Counted from the first letter of the stretch, positions 1-10,592 are shown. The stretch is 64,000 nucleotides of DNA from an uncultured Bacteroidales bacterium (GCA_963757935.1 CAVWSZ010000016.1:206321-270320); one strand, 5' to 3'. Notes: generated by a model from the letters alone, not told the origin. Translations and numbers: made by a program.

Positions 1-2491
1 GCAGAGCCCTGTTAACACTCTTCTCCTTCACTGCAATCTTCAGGGCCACTGATCCTTCACTGGTGAATTTCATTGCATTCGACAGGAGGTTCGAAAGTAT
101 CTGGTTAAGCCTGATCGGGTCACCTATTAGTTCAGCCGGCAGGTCTGAGGCTTTCTCAACAGTGAAGGTTATGCCTTTTTCTTCAGCCCTGTGTGTGTAG
201 GACCGTATAATATCCTCTATCAGAGTAGTCAGGTCGAATTCGGTCTTCTCGAAGACGATTTTCCCGGCTTCCATTTTATTATAATCGAGAATGTCATTGA
301 CAAGGGTCAGGAGGTGGTTGGCAGAAAAACGGAGGGTCTTGATAAATTCCATCTGGTCTTCACGCGGATCACCCTGGTACAACAGGTTGGTGATCCCTAT
401 TACCTCATTGAGCGGAGTCCTGATCTCGTGACTCATTGTTGACATGAACTGCTGCTTCGAGATTGCTGCTTCTTCAGCTCTCTTCCTTGCGCTGATAAGG
501 TTATCAAGCATCTTCCTCCGCTGAATTGTCAGAACCATCTGATTTGCAATGAACTCGAATACCTGAAGGTCATCATTGTTGAAAGCATCCACCCGTTTAT
601 AGTCCTGCAGGCATATGGCACCGATAACTTCATCATCCATTTTCAGTGGCACTCCCATCCATATTTTGCAGGGTGATCCCACCAGGCTTATTGCACCTGT
701 TTTTTCTATCTGAAGGATGTCATTTTCATCGAGGAGGACTGATTTGTTGTTTTTTATTACCCAGCCTGTAAGGGTATTTTTGGCGTCCGTCTCCTGGAAA
801 TGGTCGCGCTCATCGGCAAAAAACGGGAAGTTGAGTGTATCTTTCTCGCGGTTGTAGAGGGCGATAAAAAAGTTATTTACGTTCCACAGGCGGCCAATCT
901 CCTTTACTATGGTCGGGTAGATATCAAAGATGTCAAAGTCCTGCAGTGCAACCGTGGAAATATTGTACTGAATTTCCTGCATCAGGCGGCTTTTGATCTC
1001 CCTCGTAATATCTCGGTAAATGCCCAGGAATGCAATTGGCTGATCATTGGCTATGACAGACGAGGCTATCAGGGAAACGTTAATCCTGTTGCCCTGTTTG
1101 TCCAGCCTGACAGTCTCCCGTATTGCAGTCTCTCCCGTAGCGGCTTCTTCATCCACTCTTTCGGCCTCTTCCCTGCATTCATCGGGAACCAGAAGGTCAT
1201 CTACCATCCTGTTCTGAGCCTCTTCGGCACTGTATCCGAAAAGCTTGGTGAAACCCTTGTTCACCCTGAGTACCCTGCCATCAAAATCGGTCAGGACGAT
1301 CCCTTCCGGTGCTGCATCTATGAGATGTTCAAGCAGTGCCTTTTCTGTGGAAAGCTGTGATTCGTATTCCTTATGTTTGCTTACATCTGTCAGCACGCAC
1401 CTGTAACCGGTATTGGCCTTTCGTGAGAATATCGGCCCGGCGTGAAAGAGTACTGTGACTTTCTTCTTTTGCTTGTTTAACAGAAGGTATTCATTAAAAG
1501 TAATCTGACCCGGCTTCGTAAGGTCGGAAAGGTCTTTCATAAGTCTTTCCATATCCTCTTTGGCCAGCAGATCTGTAAGGAAGACACCTTCCTGAATGTC
1601 AGTATTGTTAAAGCCCAGGGTGAGCATTCCCTGAGTGTTTATGAAAGTAATACGGCCAGAGGTATCGATTTCGATAATCATTTCCGGCAGGAGTTCTGCA
1701 AAAGTCTCGAATACAATCCCCTGCTTGAGTATCTCGCTTTCTCTCGCTTTCTGATGCTGGCCTGCTTCCCAGGTTACCACTATGTCACCGGAAGAGAGAA
1801 GAAGACCAATGTAGTAACCCGCCTCATCCATCCCTCCGGGTAATATAGGCATCCGGTGGGATTCCTGGCGAATGACGATGGTCTCAAGCAGTGACCTGAG
1901 AACAGTGTTCCCGGCCAGCGATGTCTCTTCTATCTCTTTCCCGAGTACATCTTCGCGGTCAGTCTGCTCAAGCTCCTCAGCCCGGTAGTTGAAGTCTATT
2001 ATATAAAACTTGTTGTCGTTGGTGTATCTGAATATTGCCACATAACTGCTCATCGTGTCAAAGACTTCCTTGAGTATCTTCTCTGATTCGGCACGGGCAT
2101 GGCCTGCGTTAATGGCACTTATATCATTGTAAAAAGTAATGAGGAAGATATTGTCACCCATAAAGATTGTCTGGGCGCTGAAAAGGTACGGTCTTTCAAC
2201 ACCTGATCTGTCACGCAGCCTGATCTCCAGGTCCATAACCCTCCTGAGCCTCGAAAGGAGCCTGATGAACTTACGGCTCTGAATAAGGTCGACATATAGC
2301 TGAATGTCATCGGAAGTCTTTCCGATTATCTCCTCCCTTTTATAACCCAGGGTATCCAGAAAAGCCTGGTTTACCTCTACATATTCTCCAGTCTCCAGGT
2401 TGCTGAGGGTAATCAGCTGATTGGTAGAGTTAAATGCAAGGGCAGGAATTTCATACGAAGTGCTTTCTACTCTCTGGCTTTCATCTTTCAT
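1..2491 (-). CDS. Cytoplasmic multi-PAS/GAF sensor histidine kinase (3' end runs off the window)
   Basis: This gene is absent from the supplied ORF track, probably because the frame is still open at the window edge. My reverse-strand translation from the ATG at 2489-2491 stays open to position 1 (MKDESQRVESTSYEIPALAF...). It shows repeated PAS-like blocks, a GAF-like block, the H-box MSHEIRTPLNEVIG (about 400-440) and the start of the ATPase domain (IGDPIRLNQILSNLLSNAMKFT). No N-terminal TM segment is visible. Confidence 0.85.
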   Translation of the reverse strand, partial: MKDESQRVESTSYEIPALAFNSTNQLITLSNLETGEYVEVNQAFLDTLGYKREEIIGKTSDDIQLYVDLIQSRKFIRLLSRLRRVMDLEIRLRDRSGVERPYLFSAQTIFMGDNIFLITFYNDISAINAGHARAESEKILKEVFDTMSSYVAIFRYTNDNKFYIIDFNYRAEELEQTDREDVLGKEIEETSLAGNTVLRSLLETIVIRQESHRMPILPGGMDEAGYYIGLLLSSGDIVVTWEAGQHQKARESEILKQGIVFETFAELLPEMIIEIDTSGRITFINTQGMLTLGFNNTDIQEGVFLTDLLAKEDMERLMKDLSDLTKPGQITFNEYLLLNKQKKKVTVLFHAGPIFSRKANTGYRCVLTDVSKHKEYESQLSTEKALLEHLIDAAPEGIVLTDFDGRVLRVNKGFTKLFGYSAEEAQNRMVDDLLVPDECREEAERVDEEAATGETAIRETVRLDKQGNRINVSLIASSVIANDQPIAFLGIYRDITREIKSRLMQEIQYNISTVALQDFDIFDIYPTIVKEIGRLWNVNNFFIALYNREKDTLNFPFFADERDHFQETDAKNTLTGWVIKNNKSVLLDENDILQIEKTGAISLVGSPCKIWMGVPLKMDDEVIGAICLQDYKRVDAFNNDDLQVFEFIANQMVLTIQRRKMLDNLISARKRAEEAAISKQQFMSTMSHEIRTPLNEVIGITNLLYQGDPREDQMEFIKTLRFSANHLLTLVNDILDYNKMEAGKIVFEKTEFDLTTLIEDIIRSYTHRAEEKGITFTVEKASDLPAELIGDPIRLNQILSNLLSNAMKFTSEGSVALKIAVKEKSVNRAL

Positions 2492-2598
2492 TTTATCCTC
2501 CGAGGTGTCCGCAATGTACATAACACAATATGAAACAGCTTATTTAAGTGGCATAAAAATAGTGATATATACCATAAAATGAAAGATTCAGGTCAGAA

Positions 2599-3258
2599 TT
2601 ATGTGGTTTTGCCGGTATGCTTTGCATAATAGGCACACCATTGGGCCAAACCGCAATCAGGGCATGCAGGATTGCGTGCAGTACATGTATAGCGTCCGTG
2701 GAGAAGAAGCCAGTGATGTGCCAGCGGTCTTTGCTCCTCCGGAATATGACGGGTTAGCTGAAGTTCTGCATCGAGCGGGGTTTTGGCACCCCTGGTAAGC
2801 CCAAGCCGCCCTGCCACCCTGAAAACATGCGTATCCACGGCTATAACAGGCTTATTCCACACCACTGACGCAATTACATTGGCTGTCTTCCGGCCTACAC
2901 CCGGCAGAAGCATCAGGTCACTTATTTCGGAGGGTACTCTTCCTGAAAATCTGCTGACTATCATTTCTGCCATCCCTTTGATATGCTTCGCCTTATTGTT
3001 GGGATAAGAGCAACTCTTTATCAGATCAAAGATATCTTCAACGGAAGCCCGGGCCATGGAATCTGCATCCGGAAAACGCCTGAACAGGGCAGGGGTAATC
3101 AGATTTACCCGCTTGTCTGTGCACTGTGCCGAAAGAATTACAGCCACAATCAGTCGAAAGGGATCAGACCATGTAAGTTCAGTCTCCGCAACAGGGACAT
3201 TGACGGAAAACCATGAGAGTATTCCATCATATCTCTCTTTTAAATTCATACCCTGCAA
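2599..3258 (-). CDS. nth: Endonuclease III (DNA glycosylase/AP lyase)
   Basis: 219-aa ORF with the HhH-GPD core LPGVGRKTANV and the C-terminal Fe-S loop CTARNPACPDCGLAQWC (C-x6-C-x2-C-x5-C). Confidence 0.9.
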   Translation of the reverse strand: MQGMNLKERYDGILSWFSVNVPVAETELTWSDPFRLIVAVILSAQCTDKRVNLITPALFRRFPDADSMARASVEDIFDLIKSCSYPNNKAKHIKGMAEMIVSRFSGRVPSEISDLMLLPGVGRKTANVIASVVWNKPVIAVDTHVFRVAGRLGLTRGAKTPLDAELQLTRHIPEEQRPLAHHWLLLHGRYTCTARNPACPDCGLAQWCAYYAKHTGKTT

Positions 3259-3288
3259 TATTTTAATGAGATGAAAGTAACACTTTTT

Positions 3289-3296
3289 TATCTTTG
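3289..3296 (+). promoter_or_regulatory. Bacteroidota -7 promoter motif TAnnTTTG (TATCTTTG)
   Basis: Exact match to the TAnnTTTG consensus, ending 18 nt upstream of the ABC-F ATG at 3314. Confidence 0.4.
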
Positions 3297-3313
3297 CCGG
3301 TCAATACGGCAAA

Positions 3314-5200
3314 ATGACTAATTACATCCAGGCAACAGATATCAGCAAACGCATCGGCGACCTGGTGCTCTTTAATGAGCTCACCTTCAATGCAGGCAGC
3401 GGTGACAAAATCGGCATAGTAGCCGTCAACGGTGCCGGAAAATCATCTCTGCTTGATATCCTTTCAGGAAGGGAAGCCCCGGACACCGGAAATATTATCC
3501 GGCGTAAAGGCACTACGGTTGGCTATCTCCGGCAGGTAACCGATCTTGACCAGACCAGGACTGTCTTCGACGAGGTATTTTCATCAGACAACAAAGCGCT
3601 GCGGCTCATAAGGGAATATGAGGAGGCAGTGGATGCCGGAGACCATCAGAAGCTGCATACTGTAATGCAGAAAATCGACGATATCAAGGCGTGGGACTAC
3701 GAGGTGAGGGTGAAGCAGATACTTACCCGGCTGGAACTCCCTGATCATTCAGCCGTTGTCGGGTCGCTTTCAGGAGGTCAGCAGAAACGGGTGGAGCTGG
3801 CAAAAGTGCTTGTCGATGACCCTGACATTCTCATACTCGACGAACCCACCAACCATCTTGACGTGACGATGACGGAATGGCTGGAGGATTATCTCCTGAA
3901 TTCCACAAAGGTCATACTGCTTGTCACTCACGACAGGTATTTTCTTGATAATGTCTGCAATGTCATATATGAGCTTGCAGAGGGTTCTCTTACGCGTTAT
4001 GAAGGAAACTACGGCTATTTCCTTTCCCGACGTGACGAGCTTATGAACAGCCGGCTGGCTTCGGCCGACAAGGCCCGGAACCTGCTGAGAAAAGAGCTGG
4101 AATGGATCCGCAGGATGCCAAAGGCGAGAAGCCATAAGGCCAAATACCGCGTAGAAGCATTTGACGGGCTTAAAGAATCGGCAAGCGGGCCTCCTGAACA
4201 GAAAAGCCTGTCAATAAATATCTCTACATCACGCCTTGGCAGCAAAATCGTAAACCTGCACGGTATCTCCAAATCATTTGGAGGCAAACAGATAATCAGG
4301 GATTTCAGTTACAACTTCGGAAGAGGAACCAAGGTGGGGATCATAGGCGCCAACGGGTCCGGAAAATCCACCCTTCTCAACATTCTTACAGAACAGCTTC
4401 AGCCTGATACCGGTTTCGTTGAAAAAGGGGAGACGGTCGTCTTCGGTTATTACAGGCAGGAGGGAATAGTATTTGACGAGGGGCTTACCGTCATAGAGGC
4501 TGCAAGAAAGATCTCCGAGACAGTCGTTTCCTCTATGGGCAAGGACTTTTCGGTAAGTCAGTTCCTTACCTACTTCATGTTTCCGCCGTCACGTCAGCAT
4601 ACCCTTCTCCGGAAGCTGTCAGGCGGTGAAAGGCGACGTCTGTACCTGCTCACTGTGCTTATGCGGAATCCGAACTTCCTGATTCTTGATGAGCCGACAA
4701 ATGACCTTGATATTCTGACTCTTAATGTGCTTGAAGATTACCTTATGGCATTTCAGGGTTCACTGGTTGTTGTATCTCACGACCGTTATTTTCTCGATAA
4801 GCTTGCAGAGTATATTTTCGAGATCCGCGATGGTGAAGTTGTCATCTATCCGGGCAACTACACCCGGCTGAGGCTTGAGAAAGAAAAGGCAGCCGCGCTC
4901 TCCGATGCTATTGTACCTGTTCCTTCAGGAAGCACCGGCTCACCGGAAAAGTCTTCGCGCCGGAAACCTGACCGCGGAAAGCGCAGTCTCACTTTTTCGG
5001 AAAAAACGGAGCTCGAAAGACTCCCGGCGGAGATTGAAGCACTCACTGCAGAACGAAATGAAATTGAAAAAAGGCTGTCAAGCCCCGACGGCTCGCATGC
5101 TGACATCAGCGAGCTTTCTGCCAGGCTTGCCGAAGTGCTGGATCTTACTGACACTAAGGAGCTAAGATGGCTCGAACTGAGCGAAAAAGCAGAGGGATGA
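3314..5200 (+). CDS. ABC-F family ATPase (Uup/EttA-like, no membrane domain)
   Basis: 628 aa with two Walker A motifs (AVNGAGKSS, GANGSGKST) and two ABC signatures (LSGGQQKR, LSGGERRR). The C-terminal tail is charged and coiled-coil-like. Confidence 0.9.
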   Translation: MTNYIQATDISKRIGDLVLFNELTFNAGSGDKIGIVAVNGAGKSSLLDILSGREAPDTGNIIRRKGTTVGYLRQVTDLDQTRTVFDEVFSSDNKALRLIREYEEAVDAGDHQKLHTVMQKIDDIKAWDYEVRVKQILTRLELPDHSAVVGSLSGGQQKRVELAKVLVDDPDILILDEPTNHLDVTMTEWLEDYLLNSTKVILLVTHDRYFLDNVCNVIYELAEGSLTRYEGNYGYFLSRRDELMNSRLASADKARNLLRKELEWIRRMPKARSHKAKYRVEAFDGLKESASGPPEQKSLSINISTSRLGSKIVNLHGISKSFGGKQIIRDFSYNFGRGTKVGIIGANGSGKSTLLNILTEQLQPDTGFVEKGETVVFGYYRQEGIVFDEGLTVIEAARKISETVVSSMGKDFSVSQFLTYFMFPPSRQHTLLRKLSGGERRRLYLLTVLMRNPNFLILDEPTNDLDILTLNVLEDYLMAFQGSLVVVSHDRYFLDKLAEYIFEIRDGEVVIYPGNYTRLRLEKEKAAALSDAIVPVPSGSTGSPEKSSRRKPDRGKRSLTFSEKTELERLPAEIEALTAERNEIEKRLSSPDGSHADISELSARLAEVLDLTDTKELRWLELSEKAEG

Positions 5201-5246
5201 AAAATATCATGGTATTATTATTTCCTAATGGTTACTTTTAACCTCG

Positions 5247-6291
5247 ATGCACAGGATAAAAATTACAGGTGAAACAGGGGACTCGGTCCTGGTTATCGGA
5301 GGCCAGATCAGTGATCTTTCAGGGTATCTTCCTGGTAAGAAGCTGTTTATTATTACTGACACCAATGTGAACCGCCTTTACGGGGGCTCGTTTCCTCCGG
5401 CGACAGTGCTGACTGTGGAACCCGGCGAGCAGAGCAAAGCGCTCCATGTGGTCGGCGAATTGTGTGGCAGATTGCTTGAAAACGGAGCGGACCGGTCATC
5501 ATTTATCCTCGGATTTGGTGGCGGAGTTGTATGCGATATAGCAGGGCTGGTTGCTTCTCTTTACATGAGAGGAGTCAGTCACGGTTTTGTCTCAACTACA
5601 CTTCTTTCACAGGTAGATGCCAGCATCGGAGGCAAAACCGGGGTGAATCTGGGTTCCTGGAAAAACCTGATCGGCACTTTCAGGCAACCGGAATTTGTCA
5701 TTTGCGACCAGTCAATGCTATCGACTTTGCCCGATGAAGAATATCTCTCAGGCATCGGTGAACTTATTAAACACGCTGTTATACGTGACAGGAAGCTTTT
5801 CTTTGAAATGGCTGGTGCCCTCCCGAAGATTCTGGACAGGGATCCGGCTCTACTGGAAGATTTTATCCTCAGGTCTGTGAGGATAAAAGCTTCGATAGTC
5901 AGACGCGATCCGTTCGAGAGTGGCTTAAGAAGACTTCTCAATTTCGGACATACCTTCGGCCATCCCATTGAGATGGCATCCGGGCTGCCTCATGGCATTG
6001 CGGTCATGAAGGGTATGCTCATAGCCTCCGAGCTTTCAGTTTGGACAGGGGTGATGCCGGCAGAGGAACAGAGGCTCCTGGAAGGGATGCTGCTGCCGCA
6101 TGATCCCCGCTGCAAATGACGATCTGCCGGCAGACATAATGACCCGGGTAACCCGCGACAAGAAAAGCGAGTCAGGTGTGCTGAATGTTGTTCTCCTTCG
6201 GTCCGTTGGGAAATCGTTTGTAAAAAGGATCTCCTTTTCCGGAATAGAGGCATTCCTTGAAGACAGAAATAAGGTAAATTTTAGAAAATAA
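5247..6291 (+). pseudogene. aroB: 3-dehydroquinate synthase, split by one frameshift as sequenced
   Basis: ORF 5247-6119 matches AroB (GGGVVCDIAG, NFGHTFGHPIE) but stops about 60 aa early. ORF 6100-6291 in the +1 frame carries the expected C-terminus (...TRDKKSESGVLNVVLLRSVGKSF...). The combined length of about 348 aa fits AroB. The break lies near 6095-6110, where there is a CCCC run at 6105-6108. Confidence 0.8.
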
Positions 6292-6293
6292 AG

Positions 6294-7289
6294 ATGAATA
6301 CTGTAGGCGTTGCATTCAGAGTATCCATATTCGGCGAATCACACGGACCGGCTATAGGCGTAGTGATTGACGGCTGCCCCGCCGGACTCCAGTACTGGCG
6401 TGAAGAACTGATGGCAGACCTTTCAAGGCGAAAGGGACTGGTGCCCGGTACCACTATGAGGAAAGAGACAGACGAGCCGGAGATACAGAGCGGGATATAC
6501 AAAAACTTCACCACCGGGGCGCCGCTGGTAATATGTACCCGGAACAACGACTTCAGACCCGGAGATTATGAGATGTTTACCAGCATCCCGAGGCCCGGCC
6601 ATGCAGATTTCACTGCAGGTTACAAATACAGGGGATTCAGTGATATGCGCGGAGGAGGTCATTTCTCAGGACGCCTGACCTGGGGACTCGTGACGGCAGG
6701 ATATTTTGCCCGGAAGATACTCTCCCCGGCAATCATTTCAGCCAACCTCATCGAGGCTGGGGGTGATAAAGATATAGCCGCCGCCATAAGCCGGGCGGTT
6801 GAAACAAATGATACAATAGGAGGTGTAGTCGAGTGTGTTGTCCGCAATGTACCGAAGGGTATAGGTGAACCTGCATTTCTATCTGTCGAATCGGAATTGG
6901 GTCAGATAGCTTTTGGCATTCCTGCAGTGAACGGGGTTGAGTTCGGAGCGGGGTTTGCATCTTCACGGAGCTACGGTTCCCGGAACAATGACCCGTTCAT
7001 CGATGCAAGAGGCAGGACCTCAACAAACAATGCAGGCGGGGTCAACGGGGGTATCACCAACGGCAATGATTTGGTAATGAGAGTATCAGTTAAACCTGCG
7101 GCAAGTACAGGTGTGACCCAGACAACTTTTGACCTGCAGAAGGGAGAAATGACCGAACTGGAAGTTACCGGCAGGCATGATGCCTGTATTGCACGCAGGA
7201 TACCTGTCATCCTCGAGTCCGCCGTAGCTATAGGTCTTGCCGACCTGTTTCTGCTCGACCGGGGAATCAACGGTGTGAGGGAGAGGTAA
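6294..7289 (+). CDS. aroC: Chorismate synthase
   Basis: 331 aa with the N-terminal signature FRVSIFGESHGPAIGVVIDGCPAG. It lies 3 nt after aroB. Confidence 0.95.
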   Translation: MNTVGVAFRVSIFGESHGPAIGVVIDGCPAGLQYWREELMADLSRRKGLVPGTTMRKETDEPEIQSGIYKNFTTGAPLVICTRNNDFRPGDYEMFTSIPRPGHADFTAGYKYRGFSDMRGGGHFSGRLTWGLVTAGYFARKILSPAIISANLIEAGGDKDIAAAISRAVETNDTIGGVVECVVRNVPKGIGEPAFLSVESELGQIAFGIPAVNGVEFGAGFASSRSYGSRNNDPFIDARGRTSTNNAGGVNGGITNGNDLVMRVSVKPAASTGVTQTTFDLQKGEMTELEVTGRHDACIARRIPVILESAVAIGLADLFLLDRGINGVRER

Positions 7290-7300
7290 GGAGAATTTTC

Positions 7301-7361
7301 GATTTGCGATTTGCGAATTGCGAATTGCGAATTGCGAATTGCGATTTTAAATTTGCGATTG
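7301..7361. repeat. Heptanucleotide tandem repeat GA(A/T)TTGC, about 8.5 copies
   Basis: Read directly: gatttgc gatttgc gaattgc x4 (perfect copies 7315-7342) gatttta aatttgc gattg. It is intergenic, between the aroC stop (7289) and the next start (7428). Confidence 0.9.
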
Positions 7362-7427
7362 TTTGGCTCGTTTTTTGTGAAATTCAGGTTAGACAACCTT
7401 TCCCAGAACCTGATAAATTCTTCAGTA

Positions 7428-8123
7428 ATGTCCAGAATACTCCTTGTCTACATTGCGCTCATCCTGGCCGCACCACCCCTCTTTTCACAAAAAACCGGCA
7501 AAAAGAGTGTCTTCGGCGTAAATTCGGGTGTCTCACTTCCGTTTAACGATTTCGCTGACAAAACAATGATCTATCGTGCCGGGTTTGCCTCTGCAGGTCC
7601 TAACATCGAGGCGGAATACCTTTATTACGGTAAGATATTCGGTTTCTCCTCAAGCATCGGCTATGCCAGCATATTCTTCAATGAAAAGGCCTACCAGGCA
7701 GAATACGCACGTGTGCTGGGAGGCTACGGCATCAACGAGGTGACGGCAGGTAACTACCAGATAATTAAGTTCCTTGTCGGCTACACCCTCAAAATCCCCG
7801 AGTTCAGTCATACCGAGGTGATGATTCTCTTTCATCTCGGCTATGCACTCACCGTTCACCCAGACCTGCTCGTGACCAACTCGGAGCTGGGTGAGATAAA
7901 CAGAGTAGCAAAGGACGCCGGCGGCGCCCCGGTAAGCAATGCGGGACTGAAAATCAATTACTGGCTGACCAGGCAGTATGGCCTGACCCTGAACGCAGGT
8001 CTGAACCTGACTCTGCCAGGGTTCTATGATGAAACAGGCCCGGGGGGTAGCTTTTTCCTGCCTGTACACTATTCAAACATCAATATCGGGTTCGTTATGA
8101 ACCTTAAACCTGCATCACTATGA
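7428..8123 (+). CDS. Putative outer-membrane beta-barrel protein with signal peptide
   Basis: The internal ATG at 7428 gives MSRILLVYIALILAAPPLFSQ, a signal peptide. The remainder has alternating beta-strand-like Gly/Tyr/Asn-rich segments. The longer ORF from 7311 would translate the heptamer repeat, so I reject that start. Confidence 0.5.
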   Translation: MSRILLVYIALILAAPPLFSQKTGKKSVFGVNSGVSLPFNDFADKTMIYRAGFASAGPNIEAEYLYYGKIFGFSSSIGYASIFFNEKAYQAEYARVLGGYGINEVTAGNYQIIKFLVGYTLKIPEFSHTEVMILFHLGYALTVHPDLLVTNSELGEINRVAKDAGGAPVSNAGLKINYWLTRQYGLTLNAGLNLTLPGFYDETGPGGSFFLPVHYSNINIGFVMNLKPASL

Positions 8124-9110
8124 AAAGAACATCATATTTGTTCCTTCTACCGATGCTCCTCGTCTCCTGTGGCGGTAACAGGCTGAACTTCGACAAGGGG
8201 ATCATTCCTCACACACCTGTGAATTTCTCATTCAGTCAATTCGCCGTATGACGATTACAATTCGGACCTCAAGATCTCGTGGACCGAAATGAATTTCAAC
8301 CTGATCTTCTCCACTAACAGGAATTCCAATAATAACTTCGACTTCATTTGTTACGGAGGACACAATGAGTTTGACCTTATCGACGGAAGCTTCACTATGG
8401 TAGCCTCAACGAAGAATAACAGCCTTCTCGGAGTTGTCAACACAAGCAGCAATGAGTTCGGCCCGTTCTTTACATCAGATTATTCCGATTATTACAATTG
8501 GATGAAAAGCGGCGATGACAGGCGTTTCTTTTACAGCAGCGACCTGAACGGAAACCTCGATATCTTCTGTTGCAAATATGAATTTGGAGAAGAAGTTTTC
8601 CGGTCTGCCGGAGACCCGTTCCGTGTCAGCATACTTAACACAGCATTTGATGAAGGATACCTGACAATTCACAGCGGCGGTGAGACCGGCAGGGAGACGG
8701 TTTATTTCATGTCGGACCGCGAGGGCTCATTCGATATCTACCGCGCCACGGGTGAGGAGGAAAAGCTGATCACCGAATCCGCAGCTGTCACCATCACAAA
8801 GGTCCAACAGCTGAGCAGCAGCGCCGATGACAAGTGTCCCTATATCTGTGGAAACATATTGGTATTTACATCTGACCGCGAGGGAGGTTTTGGCGGTTTC
8901 GACCTGTGGTACTCCGTTTATAACGGCCAGGAATGGTCTGCACCGGTTAACCTCGGCGAGGATTTCAATACGGAATACGATGAATACCGGCCTGTAGTTG
9001 TCGCGGCAGGGGAGAGATACATTAATGATCTGATGATCTTCTCGTCAAACCGGCCGGGTGGAAAGGGCGGGTTTGATCTTTACTATGCGGGCATCCCCCG
9101 TAAAAATTAA
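8120..9110 (+). pseudogene. TolB-like PD40-repeat lipoprotein, frameshifted as sequenced
   Basis: The ATG at 8120 overlaps the upstream stop (ATGA) and encodes a lipoprotein signal, MKRTSYLFLLPMLLVSCGG, but this frame stops at 8249. The frame of ORF 8289-9110 is open from 8223 (ISHSVNSPYDDYNSDL...). It carries PD40-type repeats (VYFMSDREGSFDIYRA, LVFTSDREGGFGGFDLWYS, MIFSSNRPGGKGGFDLYYA). The break lies within 8223-8249. Confidence 0.6.
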
Positions 9111-9152
9111 GAATTAATTCTTTTCGCCTCCCCGCTGTCTGTCTCCTCCCTA

Positions 9153-9180
9153 AAATTGTCCGCCAGCTGGCGGACAATTT
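9153..9180. terminator. 28-nt perfect palindrome, probable bidirectional terminator
   Basis: AAATTGTCCGCCAGCTGGCGGACAATTT lies between the convergent PD40 gene (end 9110) and tilS (end 9227). Confidence 0.55.
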
Positions 9181-9226
9181 CTGAACGGTCGGTCCTCTAT
9201 TGCCTACTGCCCATTGCCTCAAATAT

Positions 9227-10543
9227 TCACATCGTGATCATCAAAATTTTTCCAGTTTCCGGTGTGACTTTGTACCGGTTGTCTATCCGGTAACCCATGA
9301 CCCATACAACATCCTTTCCGGAGAGTAAAACCATCACCTTCTCCTTGGATGTCACAGGCACCTTCAGGTCTGTCAGCAAATCACTTATCTTTTTCATTCC
9401 GGTCATGCCGAGCGGAGAGAATCTGTCTCCCGGTTTCCACCGCCTGACAGTCAGCGGGAATCTTAGCAGATCAAGGTCGAGGCAGGCTGTCAGACTTCCT
9501 GAAGGCAGCGGGTCATTACCCTTGTTTATTACGGTAATATCTGAAAAAAGACCTGATAAGCTCATTTCATCAAGGGATGTAAAGCTGTAGCCAGCTTCCT
9601 GCTCACTTTTCCTGTCAGTTATTATAAGCCTGTTTCTGTCGCGGAGTATCCGGTGACTGGAAGTCGTTATGTATTTCCCGGTCGGTGATTCGAGAAGAGC
9701 AAGCAGATCTCTGGTCTGCCCGGGTGACACACCATACTTTCTGAAGAGTTCGAACATGAAAGCTCCCTCAGGACGGAGTACTGACAGCGCCGAAACGTCA
9801 GCTGCAATATCATCTCCTGCGTTCCTGAAGAGTGACTTGCGTGTTTCCTCAATACAGGTCTCTATAATAGCTGCAGAAGCGGTCAGGTGTTCCATAGTGG
9901 CGGTAATCGCAGACAGGGAGTGGGCATTAACTTCCAAAAGCTCCGGTATAACCCTGTTCCTTAGCCTGTTCCTGACATACTTAATCTGTGAGTTGGAACT
10001 GTCCTCACGGAAAGTGATCCCATTCCTGGCGGCATAAGCTGCAATTTCATCGCGCTTTGCGAAAAGCAAAGGTCTGATAACATTTCCGTGATGAGGACTC
10101 ATTCCGGTCAGTCCGTTCAGTCCTGTTCCCCTCAGCAGGTTAATAAGAAATGTCTCGGCATTGTCATTTAAGTTGTGTCCCACAGCAACGGCATCGAACC
10201 CTTTTTCGGTGACCAGGCTGTTAAACCAGGAGTATCTCAGTTCCCTGGCGGCCATTTGCACCGAAATGCCTTTTTCTGCACAGAAAGCAAGTGTGTTAAA
10301 GGTCTCTGCGTAAAATGTAATCCCGTATTTTGAAGCATAATCGCGTACAAACTTTTCATCACCGTCAGACTCCGCCCCCCTGAGGGAGAAATTGCAATGC
10401 GCGATAGCATGATTTATACCTGCTTCCCTGATAAGCCATGCCAGGACCATTGAGTCGATGCCTCCGCTGACTGCAAGAAGCAGCCTTGCTTCTTTGCTGA
10501 ACAGCCTGTTTTGTTCTGAATATTCGAGGAATCTTTTTATCAT
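9227..10543 (-). CDS. tilS: tRNA(Ile)-lysidine synthetase
   Basis: 438 aa with the PP-loop motif LAVSGGIDSMVLAWL and the TilS-type middle and C-terminal domains. Confidence 0.9.
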   Translation of the reverse strand: MIKRFLEYSEQNRLFSKEARLLLAVSGGIDSMVLAWLIREAGINHAIAHCNFSLRGAESDGDEKFVRDYASKYGITFYAETFNTLAFCAEKGISVQMAARELRYSWFNSLVTEKGFDAVAVGHNLNDNAETFLINLLRGTGLNGLTGMSPHHGNVIRPLLFAKRDEIAAYAARNGITFREDSSNSQIKYVRNRLRNRVIPELLEVNAHSLSAITATMEHLTASAAIIETCIEETRKSLFRNAGDDIAADVSALSVLRPEGAFMFELFRKYGVSPGQTRDLLALLESPTGKYITTSSHRILRDRNRLIITDRKSEQEAGYSFTSLDEMSLSGLFSDITVINKGNDPLPSGSLTACLDLDLLRFPLTVRRWKPGDRFSPLGMTGMKKISDLLTDLKVPVTSKEKVMVLLSGKDVVWVMGYRIDNRYKVTPETGKILMITM

Positions 10544-10592
10544 TAATTTATATTTTTAAGAACAGTTCTGTCTGCCGGGTGAATTAGCTATG

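Noticed and set aside
7311-7427. The upstream extension of the outer-membrane protein ORF through the heptamer repeat (MRIANCELRIAILNL...).
   Set aside because: The translation is just the repeat read as protein. The signal peptide begins at the ATG at 7428.
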